Positions 1 through 10,110 of a DNA stretch of 60,155 nt are shown here, piece by piece; within the stretch, counting starts at the first letter, position 1, and each line of letters starts with the position of its first letter. The notes beneath the pieces were generated by a model. It searched no databases and was not told the origin of the DNA. It saw only the letters and a program-made list of their open reading frames with translations. Made by a program: the position numbers and the translations under genes. Origin of the DNA: Candidatus Hodarchaeota archaeon (GTDB lineage Archaea > Asgardarchaeota > Heimdallarchaeia > Hodarchaeales > Hodarchaeaceae); the NCBI GenBank assembly GCA_016840035.1, contig JAEOTC010000182.1, positions 1 to 60,155 on the forward strand. The letters run 5' to 3'.

Positions 1-554
1 ATTCCTACTCGATTCTCAAGAGGTAGATAATATTCTCGCCACCATGTATTTTCGGGGAGGATGAAATGGTCAATTATCCTATAGCCATATTTGGAAATTG
101 TCTTAAGCTTGCTTGAAAGATTTTGAAAGTCATCATGAAGAACTAGGAATCCATTTGGTTTAAGTAACCGTTTTAAATTCCGTAAACTAGTTTTAAAGTC
201 GATGAAGGATGAAATCCCTTCACCCCATATAATATCAAAGGAGCTATCGGGAAAATTAACATTGAGGATTGAATCTTCAATGATTCTAATTCGTTTTTCC
301 AACCCTAGAGTTTTCGCTTTAGCTTTAAGTCTTTTTAATTCAGATTTATTAACGTCCAATCCAGTAATTCGACCATTACTTAGTCTAGCTAGTTCAAGAG
401 TAGGGATTCCTGACCCACATCCAATATCCAATATGGTAGGATTTTGAATTTGGGGGATACTTAGAAATGCCTTCCTAGTAAACTTTAGAAAGCTCTTACG
501 GATTTCATCGCGATTTAATTCAGATTCTAAGACAGAACGAATATCTTCAGACAT
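1..554 (-). CDS. Class I SAM-dependent methyltransferase (3'-truncated by window edge)
   Basis: Not in the ORF track. Manual translation from ATG at 554: MSEDIRSVLESELNRDEIRK...ILDIGCGSG (motif I)...SFDIIWGEG...LLKPNGFL. The frame is open to the window edge. Confidence 0.85.
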   Translation of the reverse strand, partial: MSEDIRSVLESELNRDEIRKSFLKFTRKAFLSIPQIQNPTILDIGCGSGIPTLELARLSNGRITGLDVNKSELKRLKAKAKTLGLEKRIRIIEDSILNVNFPDSSFDIIWGEGISSFIDFKTSLRNLKRLLKPNGFLVLHDDFQNLSSKLKTISKYGYRIIDHFILPENTWWREYYLPLENRVG

Positions 555-585
555 CTGAGTCTCCTTGAGGGTGACCTGGCCCCCT

Positions 586-1608
586 CTATTTTGGTGCAAA
601 AGTGTCAATCATAAGCTTAACATCATCGGAGAGCTGGTAAAGTATAGGACATGTACATCCCTTATCCACCCATTGTTGAACCCGATCATAACACTCATCA
701 GGGGTTCCGCTGGCAGATATTCTCTGGACAATATCATCAGGAATGTGTCGCATTGCTTTCCTGATTTGTTCTTTAGTGGCTGGCCAAGTTAGTTCTGCGT
801 GAATCTTATCTAAAATATCTTGCGGCATTTTGCTAGCTTTCATAAGATGTGGCTGTTGACCCATATATTGAGTTAAAAGTTCCCTTGCAGCATCTAATGC
901 TTTATCTCGATCGTGATCCATAGAACAAACAATTAATTGCGGTCGATCGATATCATCTAATGATCCACCTCCCTTTTTTGCCCCAATCTCGAGATGTTTT
1001 AGCGCAGTAACATTATAGTCAGGACTTACCATATAATTGAGAACTACACCATCTGCAAGCTTCTGAGCACATAGTTCACCTGTTAATTCTAGCATCTTAA
1101 TACCGGTTGCTCCAATATAAATCGGAACTTCCCTAGGCTTATTAGGATCTCCATGTACTATATCAAGAGTAATTCCATCAACTTTTACAAACTCCCCATC
1201 AAAAGTTACTGTTTCCATATTAAAGAGTTTCTTTAAAACAGTGACATACTCTTTCATTCGTTTTAACGGTTTTGTACGTGGTGTTCCAACTTTACTTGCT
1301 AATGGTTCCCACCAAGCACCGATTCCACAAATGAATCTACCAGGAGCCATTTGATCCATGGTAGAAAATGTTGCAGCTACTGCTGGTGCAACTGTAACTA
1401 AGTTATTAATTACTCCAGACCCCAATTTTATTTTATTTGTGACTGCAGCCATAGCTGCCATTGGTACTGATGCTACTCTGGCTAATCGACTTTCTGCCTG
1501 CCAGATAGCTTCAAATCCTTTTTTTTCTGCATATTTAGCGAATTCCATTGATTCAGGGATGCTATGTTTATCCTGCAAATAAATTGCTACTCGCTTATAT
1601 TCACTCAA
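586..1608 (-). CDS. LLM-class (luciferase-like) oxidoreductase, probably F420-dependent, Mer-like
   Basis: [28 protein letters not shown] and VPIYIGATG motifs of the luciferase-like monooxygenase/Mer family. Confidence 0.85.
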   Translation of the reverse strand: MSEYKRVAIYLQDKHSIPESMEFAKYAEKKGFEAIWQAESRLARVASVPMAAMAAVTNKIKLGSGVINNLVTVAPAVAATFSTMDQMAPGRFICGIGAWWEPLASKVGTPRTKPLKRMKEYVTVLKKLFNMETVTFDGEFVKVDGITLDIVHGDPNKPREVPIYIGATGIKMLELTGELCAQKLADGVVLNYMVSPDYNVTALKHLEIGAKKGGGSLDDIDRPQLIVCSMDHDRDKALDAARELLTQYMGQQPHLMKASKMPQDILDKIHAELTWPATKEQIRKAMRHIPDDIVQRISASGTPDECYDRVQQWVDKGCTCPILYQLSDDVKLMIDTFAPK

Positions 1609-1696
1609 GATTCTAATGCCTCCAATTTCTAAGTAAATTCAAAAAACTTGTTCTACCAAAAAACTTTGCCTTTTTTCAGGAGGTGGGTTTTATCCC

Positions 1697-4138
1697 TCAT
1701 CTGTATTTGAAATCAGGACGGCCATGGAAAACCACTGCTGTACACTTAATATTATTAACTAGTTTTTCTGATGGACGTTTACTCATTCTAGGTTTACCAT
1801 ACCCTAAAATCAGAAGGTCTAGGTTATCAGTATGTACTATATCACTGATACTGCGTACAAAATTGTGACCAAGAACATGGCGTTGTTGAATAGGAATACC
1901 CATTCGAATAGCTTCCCCTATATTGTGTAAGAAGATCGCTGTATTCTCTTGAACCCCAGGTGCTTCCGACATCACCTTAGGAGTGATCAAATTAGGAACA
2001 TCCGTCCAATGATATGCAACCAAATCTGACATTTTGGTTGACGACACAATGGAAATTCCTATCTGCAGGAGGAAAGGATCACGTTTAGTACCTGGAGTTA
2101 ATGCTCCAACTTGATTGAATGTAAAATATTTAGTCTTTTTACACTCTTTACATGGAAAAACTTCTAGTCCAGGAATTGGCATTTTTCGAATTGAATCGTG
2201 GGAAAGACTTCTCTGGTAGAATTTTCGGTTTCTGCGAGAGGGTAAAATTGCTAATTGATAATCACCAGTTGATGTAATATCACATAAATGTTGAACGATA
2301 TCTTGTGGTTTGGATTGATCTTTATCGGGAGTGACAATTTTCAATTCATAAGGAATATGGAATTCCTGTAATTTTTGAGTGTATTTCTGAAATTTAGCCT
2401 CATTTTCAAAACCGAAATGGTAAAGCGTTATTGTTTGACCAAATTCATGAGCAATATGCACTGCAATTCGAAAAGCGTCCCATTCGTAATCTTTACCAGC
2501 TAAAGGAACAAGGATATTATCGCAAACAGTTGTGAAAAAAGCTTCTGGCACATAGTCCGCTCTAATTTTCGTATGCTTCTCAAGTCTCGAGGAAACTTTC
2601 ATAGGAGTACGACTACGTGCAAAAAGAAAGTAAACCATTGAACCTAGAGCAAGCCAAACTAATGTGGTAATGAAAGCATCAAGATGGATCACTAATGTAA
2701 AAATGAAAATCGTAATGAGAGCAAGTCCTCCTAGCGTAGGAATTAATGGAAATAGGGGAGTTTTATATCCATAATCAAGTTTTTCCTTGGATATTCTGAC
2801 TTTTTTTCTAATAATTACAGAAGCTAAGAGAACTTGGCCGAATAAAATCATGAACATGAAGTCTGCGGAGGCAGCAACAGTATCGATAGGTATAATCACA
2901 GCCATTATTAGAATTAGTAACCCTGTGACGTTAATGGAAGTTACTGGTGTATGTCGTTTAGGAGAAACAGAACCAAGTTTTGACGGGAGAGAACCATCTC
3001 GGCCTAAAGCAAATGCAACACGTGTTGAAGAATAAATTGCTGCATTTAAAGCAGATAAAGTGCTTAACAAACCACCAAAAAGAATTACAACAAGGCCTAG
3101 ACCAGGAATCATCTGTTCTGCGGCAAATAAAAGACCAAGTTCCTCATATTTACTTAGAAATTCAAACGTTTGTAAACCGTCCGGAGCTGTAAATGCGCCC
3201 AAAGACACTAATCCGACAAGTAAGTAGATAGGTATGACAATTAATACTGAGAGAATTACTGATTTGGGGATGCTTACCTTGGGGTCGTAAATTTCCTCAC
3301 CAGTTTGACAAACCACTTCATATCCTTCGAATGCGATGAAAGTAAATCCCATCGCCATAAATATTGTAAAAAATCCCTTGGGAAAGAAGTTATCCATGTT
3401 ATTTAATGCCTGAGATGGATTTCCAGTCATTATAATTAGTCCAGTAAATATAAAAAATGCTAAAATTAGAATTTTCGCTCCAGAGATCCAAACTTCAGCT
3501 TTTCCCATTACTGAGGATCCTAATTGGTTAATCAGTAAGAAGAGTAGAATTATTATAACTGCAATGCCTTTCTCAATAAAAATTATTGACTCGGGAGGTA
3601 TATGAATTCCAATGTTGTCTAGAAAAGCTACAAAATAAGCTCCAAATCCAAGAGCATAAAGGGACCCAGCAACTGCTGCTGCAAACCAACTCATCCATCC
3701 AGAAAAGAAACCTTGAGTTTCTCCAAGTCCTGCACGAGCCCAAATATATCCTCCTCCTGCTTCAGGCATCGCAGAACCCAATTCAGCATAGACCATGGCA
3801 ATTAGGGTGGCAATAACCCCATTAAATGCAAAAGCAACTAATAAGCCTGGACCTGCAATTCCGGCGGCAATGCCCGTTAAAACAAATATTCCCGCGCCTA
3901 TCATCGCGCCTACACCCGTCATTGTTGCTTGAGTTACTGTCATATCCCTCGATAAATCAGCTCCAGTTAATACTGAATCTGCACCTTTACTCACTGTTTT
4001 TTGTAGTACAAAGCGCTTTCTTCCAAAGAAGAGTACTTGAATGAGTGAATATCCAGCTAATCCAATCACGATAACCATAGCAAGCACTATCAACAAAAAA
4101 CCCAATAAAAGTTCTTCTGATAGAGCCATTGGTATCAC
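1697..4138 (-). CDS. APC-family amino acid permease fused to C-terminal universal-stress-protein (USP)-like domains
   Basis: GAMIGAGIF, YAELGSAMPEAGGGY and FEGYE APC motifs with about 12-13 TM segments. The C-terminus has ILVPLAG and DLLILG...CTAVVF USP-like motifs. Confidence 0.85.
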   Translation of the reverse strand: MIPMALSEELLLGFLLIVLAMVIVIGLAGYSLIQVLFFGRKRFVLQKTVSKGADSVLTGADLSRDMTVTQATMTGVGAMIGAGIFVLTGIAAGIAGPGLLVAFAFNGVIATLIAMVYAELGSAMPEAGGGYIWARAGLGETQGFFSGWMSWFAAAVAGSLYALGFGAYFVAFLDNIGIHIPPESIIFIEKGIAVIIILLFLLINQLGSSVMGKAEVWISGAKILILAFFIFTGLIIMTGNPSQALNNMDNFFPKGFFTIFMAMGFTFIAFEGYEVVCQTGEEIYDPKVSIPKSVILSVLIVIPIYLLVGLVSLGAFTAPDGLQTFEFLSKYEELGLLFAAEQMIPGLGLVVILFGGLLSTLSALNAAIYSSTRVAFALGRDGSLPSKLGSVSPKRHTPVTSINVTGLLILIMAVIIPIDTVAASADFMFMILFGQVLLASVIIRKKVRISKEKLDYGYKTPLFPLIPTLGGLALITIFIFTLVIHLDAFITTLVWLALGSMVYFLFARSRTPMKVSSRLEKHTKIRADYVPEAFFTTVCDNILVPLAGKDYEWDAFRIAVHIAHEFGQTITLYHFGFENEAKFQKYTQKLQEFHIPYELKIVTPDKDQSKPQDIVQHLCDITSTGDYQLAILPSRRNRKFYQRSLSHDSIRKMPIPGLEVFPCKECKKTKYFTFNQVGALTPGTKRDPFLLQIGISIVSSTKMSDLVAYHWTDVPNLITPKVMSEAPGVQENTAIFLHNIGEAIRMGIPIQQRHVLGHNFVRSISDIVHTDNLDLLILGYGKPRMSKRPSEKLVNNIKCTAVVFHGRPDFKYR

Positions 4139-4232
4139 TCATAATTAAAACAAAAATCTCGATCTTAAAGTATTCAGTATGCAGTTTTTTGGGGTAATTA
4201 TATCAAAAATCAAGAATTATTCAAATTTATAC

Positions 4233-4619
4233 CTAGAATCTGATAAGGCTGACTCCTCGTGTGGAACCCTTGTGTATCCGAAAACTAATATCAGGACGGA
4301 GGGCCCGAACATCACGATGTAAACCATTCTTCTGCCAAATATAGGCTTTTATGGCTTGTCCATGCTTATAACCGTGAATTAATCTGACTTCTTCAACACT
4401 ACTTTCAAAAGCTTCAATAATATCCTCAACAATTTTTGTTTTTGCTTCATATAATGGAATACCATGATAATCAAAAGATAAGAAGGGGTGTTCAGATGTG
4501 TATTCCCCTCTTTTTGGGTGTGAATGACCTTTAGAAAATCCAGCCAGACAATTAAGGCTGCAGTATCCCATAAAAGCGTCTTCTGTAAGTTTTCTACCAC
4601 ATTTTTTACAAAAGGTCAT
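4233..4619 (-). CDS. Stand-alone Smr-domain protein with N-terminal Cys4 zinc-binding motif
   Basis: CKKC...YCSLNC, then DYHG...EA...VRLIHGYKHG (Smr DxH and IHG motifs). ATG at 4619 is preferred over TTG at 4631. Confidence 0.7.
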   Translation of the reverse strand: MTFCKKCGRKLTEDAFMGYCSLNCLAGFSKGHSHPKRGEYTSEHPFLSFDYHGIPLYEAKTKIVEDIIEAFESSVEEVRLIHGYKHGQAIKAYIWQKNGLHRDVRALRPDISFRIHKGSTRGVSLIRF

Positions 4620-4699
4620 TTTTTTCCACAAAGGAGGGGAAAAATCGAAAAGATAATAATTTTCACCGAGACAGACTTCTAATATAGGATGAGTACATT

Positions 4700-5032
4700 A
4701 TGGCTCAACAATTACCACGAAGAAATGTTAAATTTGAGGATGTCCCGAGTTTCGCAATATCTGGATTTTTCGGAGGAGTTAATCCTAATGAAGGGAATAT
4801 CAGCTTCTTTAGCGATCAATTACTTCCCCAATTGGGAGCAAATGGTCAGATTGTATTAGATACAGTGCAACATGAATTTATTGCTAATATCAAGATGAGT
4901 CCATTAATATTTAAACGGATGGCAATCTGGATGTCGGAACATGTAAAACGCTATGAAGCTATGCATGGTGAAATTCAAATCGGCAAACAAAAGCAGAAAT
5001 CTGATTCAACACAGCCACCATATTATGGGTAA
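4700..5032 (+). CDS. Conserved hypothetical protein, DUF3467-like
   Basis: Small beta-rich protein with a F...G...ISFF...IKMSPLIFKRMAIWM...YEAMHGEI pattern typical of DUF3467. Confidence 0.6.
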   Translation: MAQQLPRRNVKFEDVPSFAISGFFGGVNPNEGNISFFSDQLLPQLGANGQIVLDTVQHEFIANIKMSPLIFKRMAIWMSEHVKRYEAMHGEIQIGKQKQKSDSTQPPYYG

Positions 5033-5041
5033 TGCTGGTTC

Positions 5042-6313
5042 CTAGGATCTAGTATGATTTTCTATTGCAGGTTCTGGTATCTGATCTCTGATTTCTTTTG
5101 CACCTTTTAAGGCTCTCTTCAATAATAGGGGACCTATAATTTCTGCTATCAGTACACTCACCGCGATAATGTCTATTAATTGAATGGCAATATCACTTGC
5201 TTCGGGGCTTAATCCGAATAATCGAGTATATGCAAAGGCAGCTAATCCCAATGCAACTCCTGCTTGACTTATAAGCGAAATCGGTAAGTATCTGGTTACT
5301 TTTTTGGGCATATCGGAAATTGAAGCAGCCAAGTAAGATCCTGTGGATTTTCCAAATGCCCGTGCAAGGAAATAGAGTAAAATCGCAAAGATTATGGGAG
5401 TAAGTAAGAGATTCAGTTCCATTTCGTACCCAACTAGAATGAAAAAGAGTGCAATTAGAGGACTCGCAAGTCTTTCTACTCCTCGTACACAGGATTTATT
5501 CTCACATCTCGCTAGAGTAGTAAGGGCAAATCCGAAAACTATACAGCTTAATATAACAGAAAAGTGCAATAGTCCTGCAAGTGAAATGCAGATTAAAACT
5601 GAGGGAAATACATACTCTGCTGATTCAGATGCTTTCACACCTTCAATATGGAAAGGTCTTAATGCGAACGCAAGGACAGTGCCAAGAATCAATGAACCTA
5701 TTACTTCAATAACTATTGGAAAGAATATCTCCAACAGTGTAAGAGCAGAAGGGGAAAAAGTTGATTCAGCATAACTTAAGGCGATATTAAAGAAGATAAT
5801 TGCCAAAATATCATCAAATGCGACGATGAATAGGATTGTTTGACTAAGTGAACCTTGTGCATTATATTCACGAATCACTTCCGATGTCGCTGCTGGAGCA
5901 GTTGCCATAGCAATTGATCCTAATAATAATGACAAAATAAAATCCTGCAATAGGACATTTACTAGAATAGCGACAACAAAAAATGCTCCCAGAGCTTCTC
6001 CAATTAAAACCAGAGGTAATCCCCAAGAGGCATCCCTTAACTTGTAAACATCGATATGTGAGCCAATATTATATCCAATAAATCCTAAGGCTCCAGTTGT
6101 GATAAGATATATCATCTCTGGTGTAGGTGCAGCAGGAAAACCGACCGCTATTGTGAGACCTCTAATAAGCACCCCAGCTGTTATCAGTCCTAAAACTTGA
6201 GGAATTCCACGATTGCCAAGGTTTCTAGCAATAATAAGAGAGAATATGATGACTGCACCTATCTCAAGGACTCCAACTAAAAGTTCTACTTCGTTTACAG
6301 ATTCTAGTATCAT
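5042..6313 (-). CDS. Cation:proton antiporter (CPA/Kef-type Na+/H+ exchanger family)
   Basis: About 12 TM segments with ATAPAAT, AFDD, FFILVG, RAFGK and SQAGVALGL motifs. Confidence 0.88.
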   Translation of the reverse strand: MILESVNEVELLVGVLEIGAVIIFSLIIARNLGNRGIPQVLGLITAGVLIRGLTIAVGFPAAPTPEMIYLITTGALGFIGYNIGSHIDVYKLRDASWGLPLVLIGEALGAFFVVAILVNVLLQDFILSLLLGSIAMATAPAATSEVIREYNAQGSLSQTILFIVAFDDILAIIFFNIALSYAESTFSPSALTLLEIFFPIVIEVIGSLILGTVLAFALRPFHIEGVKASESAEYVFPSVLICISLAGLLHFSVILSCIVFGFALTTLARCENKSCVRGVERLASPLIALFFILVGYEMELNLLLTPIIFAILLYFLARAFGKSTGSYLAASISDMPKKVTRYLPISLISQAGVALGLAAFAYTRLFGLSPEASDIAIQLIDIIAVSVLIAEIIGPLLLKRALKGAKEIRDQIPEPAIENHTRS

Positions 6314-6394
6314 TTTGTTTCTCTAATCCTTATTCACATGAGATTTTTCAAATAAAGGCTGTTTAAATCTTTCTTTAAGTTTGATCCTTTAAGA

Positions 6395-7516
6395 TTATGA
6401 CAATTTATTTCTCAGAATGAAGATTGAATCTTGCTTAAACATTTTTGTCTCTCGTGGATGATGGGTTGATCGACTTGATGCAGCACGGTTGTCACTTTGG
6501 GGTATTGGAATAGACTCCTCCAATGTGAATGCTAATTTTTCAAATAAGTTGAGTAGTCGTTCTTGATTCTCTTTTTTTTTATATCCTGTCCATAGACATA
6601 AAAAATGATTTGGTTTAAGAATACGCGAGCATTCGCTTAAACTAGCTTCTAGATTGTTCCAGTAGACGTTACCTCCTTGTCCAGTCCAGCATAACTCTTT
6701 CTTGGAAAGGGATTCAGTTTGGAGAAGGTTACTAATAAACTGTGTTCTCTTAGACTTGTTTATACTTCTCCTCTGAATCTGAATGTGTTGGTACTCAACA
6801 TCCACTTCAATGTATGGAGGAGAAGTAAGGATAAAATCAACTTTATCGTTTGGAATGTCCATTCTATGATTCGAGCTTAAAATTAATTCAGGAGGATATT
6901 TTACTGATGATGGTAAGGATGAAACTCCTTCAATCATCTTTTTACACTTACGAATAAACATGGGAATTAGGGAAATTGTTTGAAAATCTTTGCGTTGTTC
7001 AAAATCTCTTCTTCCAACGATTTTAGTGACATGGATTAAGGCTAAATTGAAAAAATCCTGAAATTGTAAAGAAAAACTTGTTGTGTTAATGATGGTAGCC
7101 AGTAAGTTAATTTCGGTTGAGATAGATTCACCTAAGCACTCTTTGTCAATAGAATCGAGATAGTCATTAATCGGCTTTTTAAAATTCTTTACTAGCTTTA
7201 GGAGATCCTCAAGTTTAATCTCTAGTTTCTCTTTAGAAATATACTTCGTTTTTACTCGTGAAATTAGGAGAGCAAACGGATTAATATCATATCCAACAAA
7301 TCGTCTATTTAGAAGCATTGCTTCCAAACCAGTTGTCCCTCCTCCTACAAAAGGATCACAAATCAGCTCATTCGGAGAAGTGAATGTTTTTATCAGTTCA
7401 TGAGGTAGGGAAGAGAGAAATTTGGCTGGATAGCTATAAATGGATCGTGTGTAACCAGTCTCGCGAGAGGGAGGAGCAAATTTCCGAAGATGATTGATTT
7501 GCTCCTCTGTTAACAT
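6395..7516 (-). CDS. Orphan amino-DNA methyltransferase (SPPY type, likely N4-cytosine)
   Basis: YPAKF, then DPFVGGGTT (motif I) and GYDINP, preceding LTSPPY (motif IV). No adjacent endonuclease. Confidence 0.8.
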   Translation of the reverse strand: MLTEEQINHLRKFAPPSRETGYTRSIYSYPAKFLSSLPHELIKTFTSPNELICDPFVGGGTTGLEAMLLNRRFVGYDINPFALLISRVKTKYISKEKLEIKLEDLLKLVKNFKKPINDYLDSIDKECLGESISTEINLLATIINTTSFSLQFQDFFNLALIHVTKIVGRRDFEQRKDFQTISLIPMFIRKCKKMIEGVSSLPSSVKYPPELILSSNHRMDIPNDKVDFILTSPPYIEVDVEYQHIQIQRRSINKSKRTQFISNLLQTESLSKKELCWTGQGGNVYWNNLEASLSECSRILKPNHFLCLWTGYKKKENQERLLNLFEKLAFTLEESIPIPQSDNRAASSRSTHHPRETKMFKQDSIFILRNKLS

Positions 7517-7521
7517 TCTTT

Positions 7522-8565
7522 CTAGTACCCCACTATGTCTTCATCCTCTAATTTCGTTCCCATCATCTTGTATACCCATAATGTATATACTAAGATAAGA
7601 GGAAGAGCAATAATTGCTACTATCAACATAACTAATAGTCCAGTATCTGTTGCTGAGGCATTATGAATAGTAAGGTTATAAGCTTCATCAATTGACGAAA
7701 ATACTAGATTAGGATAAATAGCAACACCTGCTCCTAAAATGCTAAAGGCAATGGAAAGTGCTGACAGAACGAATGTTAATTTTGCGTCTTTTTCATTCCA
7801 TATGTAGTATGTCGTTAATCCGATAAATACAAATCCGATAATTGGGATTATTAGAAGAATTGGTAGATCAATGTAATTATTTTGAACATGTGGATGAAAA
7901 AGCAGACTGATTACGAGGGAACATGATGAGATCACCAAAAAACTCACGATTCCTAGTTTAGCCCATTGGGTTGCTTTTGCTGCTAATTTTTCGGTTGCTC
8001 TAACTCGTAAATACACTGCACCATGAGTAATGATCATAGAAAGTGCTAATAGACCAATAATGATTGCATAAGGATTAAAAAAATCAACAAATGAACCAGT
8101 GAATTGTTTGTTTGCATCAATAGCAATTCCTTGAACTAAATTTCCAATTAATACTCCGAAAGCAATTGCTGGTCCTAAACTACCAAATATAAAAGCAAAA
8201 TCAGATACTCTGTGCCATAATGGAGATGGGAATTCCTCTCGAAACTCGATAGAAACCGCTCGTATTATCAAACAGAAGACTACCAATAATAAAGGAATGT
8301 AAAATGCGCTAAAAACCGTAGCATAAACATCTGAAAAAGCAGCAAAAAGAATTCCACCAGCAGCAAGTAGCCATACCTCGTTACCATCCCAAAAAGGGGC
8401 AATTGATTGAATAATCTCTTTTCTTTCATTTAATGTCATATCTTCATGTTTGTCCTTGGCAAAAATAAACCAAAATCCTACACCTAAATCAAAACCGTCT
8501 AAAATTACGTAGACAATTACGATCACAGCTAAAAAGAGAAACCATATTTCTTGTAGAGCAGTCAC
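7522..8565 (-). CDS. cydB: Cytochrome bd ubiquinol oxidase subunit II
   Basis: YVILDGFDLGVG and PFWDGNEVWL signature motifs; 4-bp overlap with cydA. Confidence 0.96.
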   Translation of the reverse strand: MTALQEIWFLFLAVIVIVYVILDGFDLGVGFWFIFAKDKHEDMTLNERKEIIQSIAPFWDGNEVWLLAAGGILFAAFSDVYATVFSAFYIPLLLVVFCLIIRAVSIEFREEFPSPLWHRVSDFAFIFGSLGPAIAFGVLIGNLVQGIAIDANKQFTGSFVDFFNPYAIIIGLLALSMIITHGAVYLRVRATEKLAAKATQWAKLGIVSFLVISSCSLVISLLFHPHVQNNYIDLPILLIIPIIGFVFIGLTTYYIWNEKDAKLTFVLSALSIAFSILGAGVAIYPNLVFSSIDEAYNLTIHNASATDTGLLVMLIVAIIALPLILVYTLWVYKMMGTKLEDEDIVGY

Positions 8566-9929
8566 CCAAGCACCTCCTCTTCTATATTTGTGGATGGGCC
8601 CTTCTTAAAAATACGACCCATAACGAGGATCCAGGCAATAAAAAGTACAATATACGTAAGTATATAGGTTAGTAATGAAAAAAGTACTTCTTCTCCTGGT
8701 GCTGCAGATGCCATGTCGGCGGTTCTACGTATTCCTTGAATAATCCAAGGTTGACGCCCGCTTTCAGCAGTAATCCAACCTAAATTAATTGCTATTAAGG
8801 CTAGTGGTGCAGTTAATACTCCTAATCGAAGGAACCACTTTCTTAAAATGAAAGATTGGTCAGAAAGTCTTTTCTTCCAGAGTAGATATACTCCTAATGC
8901 AGCTACACCTACAAGAAACATTCCAATCATAACCATTAGGTGGAAGGGGTAAAATGAAAGCAGTACTGAAGGCCGATCTTCTAGACTAAAGGCATCTAAT
9001 CCAGTTACAGTAGCATTTGGGTCTCCCCAAGTTAGTAAGCTAAGAAGATACGGGATTCCGATTTCGAAGATAACCTTAGAATCGTCAATGATAGCAAATA
9101 TGACCAATGGAGCGCCTGATGTTGTCTCAAATAGTCCCTCTTGAGCAGCAAATTTTGCAGGTTGATATGTAGCAACGATTGTAGATTGCCAATGCCCAAA
9201 AAAACCTTGTAAAATTGAGAGAAAGATACCTACAACTAATCCCACCTTTAGGGTGTCGTATGTAAATTTATGATGTCGATCCTTAAGTAAATAAAGACAA
9301 CTGATCGCAATGATGAAGAAAGAACTAGCTATTAAACACGCGTTAACAGTATGAAAGAATCTAGCGAACATAGAAGGAGTGAAGACAACATCCCAAAAGT
9401 TTGTAAGGACTGCTTTATCCCCGACAATATCCCATCCCGAACCGGGTGCTCCAGGTTCCCCTGGAGTTTGCATCCAGGAATTAGCAGCTAATATCCAAAA
9501 TGAGGAGAGAGTTGTTCCAAGAGCAACCATCATTGATGAAAACCAAAGAACTCGATCCGAAATCTTCTTTGTGCGCATTCCTGACAAAATTACTCCCAAA
9601 AACACTGATTCTAGAAAAAAGGCAAAAAAGACTTCTAAAAGAATCAAAGTAGCAAAAACTTCACCAGCAAAACGTGAAAATTCAGACCAATTCATCCCAA
9701 ATTGAAATTCCATTAGCACACCCGTAGGAATCCCTATAGCTACTGTGGTTGCGAATAATTTTATCCAAAACCACGCTTGGTCTTTATAATATTGATCTTT
9801 TGACCGAATATATCGTGTTAACAAATAAGCAATATACCAGCTTAATCCGATAGATAATGGGGGGAAAATAAAATGAAACCCAATTGTGATATAGAATTGG
9901 AGTTGTGCTAGAACCGTAGGACTGACCAT
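8562..9929 (-). CDS. cydA: Cytochrome bd ubiquinol oxidase subunit I (short Q-loop)
   Basis: Heme-ligand motifs GFHFIF, RFFHT and FHLM; EFQFGMNW; Q-loop QPAKFAAQEG; GWITAESGRQPW. Confidence 0.97.
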   Translation of the reverse strand: MVSPTVLAQLQFYITIGFHFIFPPLSIGLSWYIAYLLTRYIRSKDQYYKDQAWFWIKLFATTVAIGIPTGVLMEFQFGMNWSEFSRFAGEVFATLILLEVFFAFFLESVFLGVILSGMRTKKISDRVLWFSSMMVALGTTLSSFWILAANSWMQTPGEPGAPGSGWDIVGDKAVLTNFWDVVFTPSMFARFFHTVNACLIASSFFIIAISCLYLLKDRHHKFTYDTLKVGLVVGIFLSILQGFFGHWQSTIVATYQPAKFAAQEGLFETTSGAPLVIFAIIDDSKVIFEIGIPYLLSLLTWGDPNATVTGLDAFSLEDRPSVLLSFYPFHLMVMIGMFLVGVAALGVYLLWKKRLSDQSFILRKWFLRLGVLTAPLALIAINLGWITAESGRQPWIIQGIRRTADMASAAPGEEVLFSLLTYILTYIVLFIAWILVMGRIFKKGPSTNIEEEVLG

Positions 9930-10110
9930 CTGTTTCCATTTCCTTGCGTTTACAAAATTATTTGAATTTTGATATGGAATCTATGTTATGCAGTCCATTC
10001 AAAACTTTTACGGGTTATAAAGTAACAAAAGGCTAATTATTCAGAAAGAAGTTAGAAATTCTTATCTAGATTCAATTTAACTCCAAATCATCTGTCAATT
10101 TGGCGGATTT

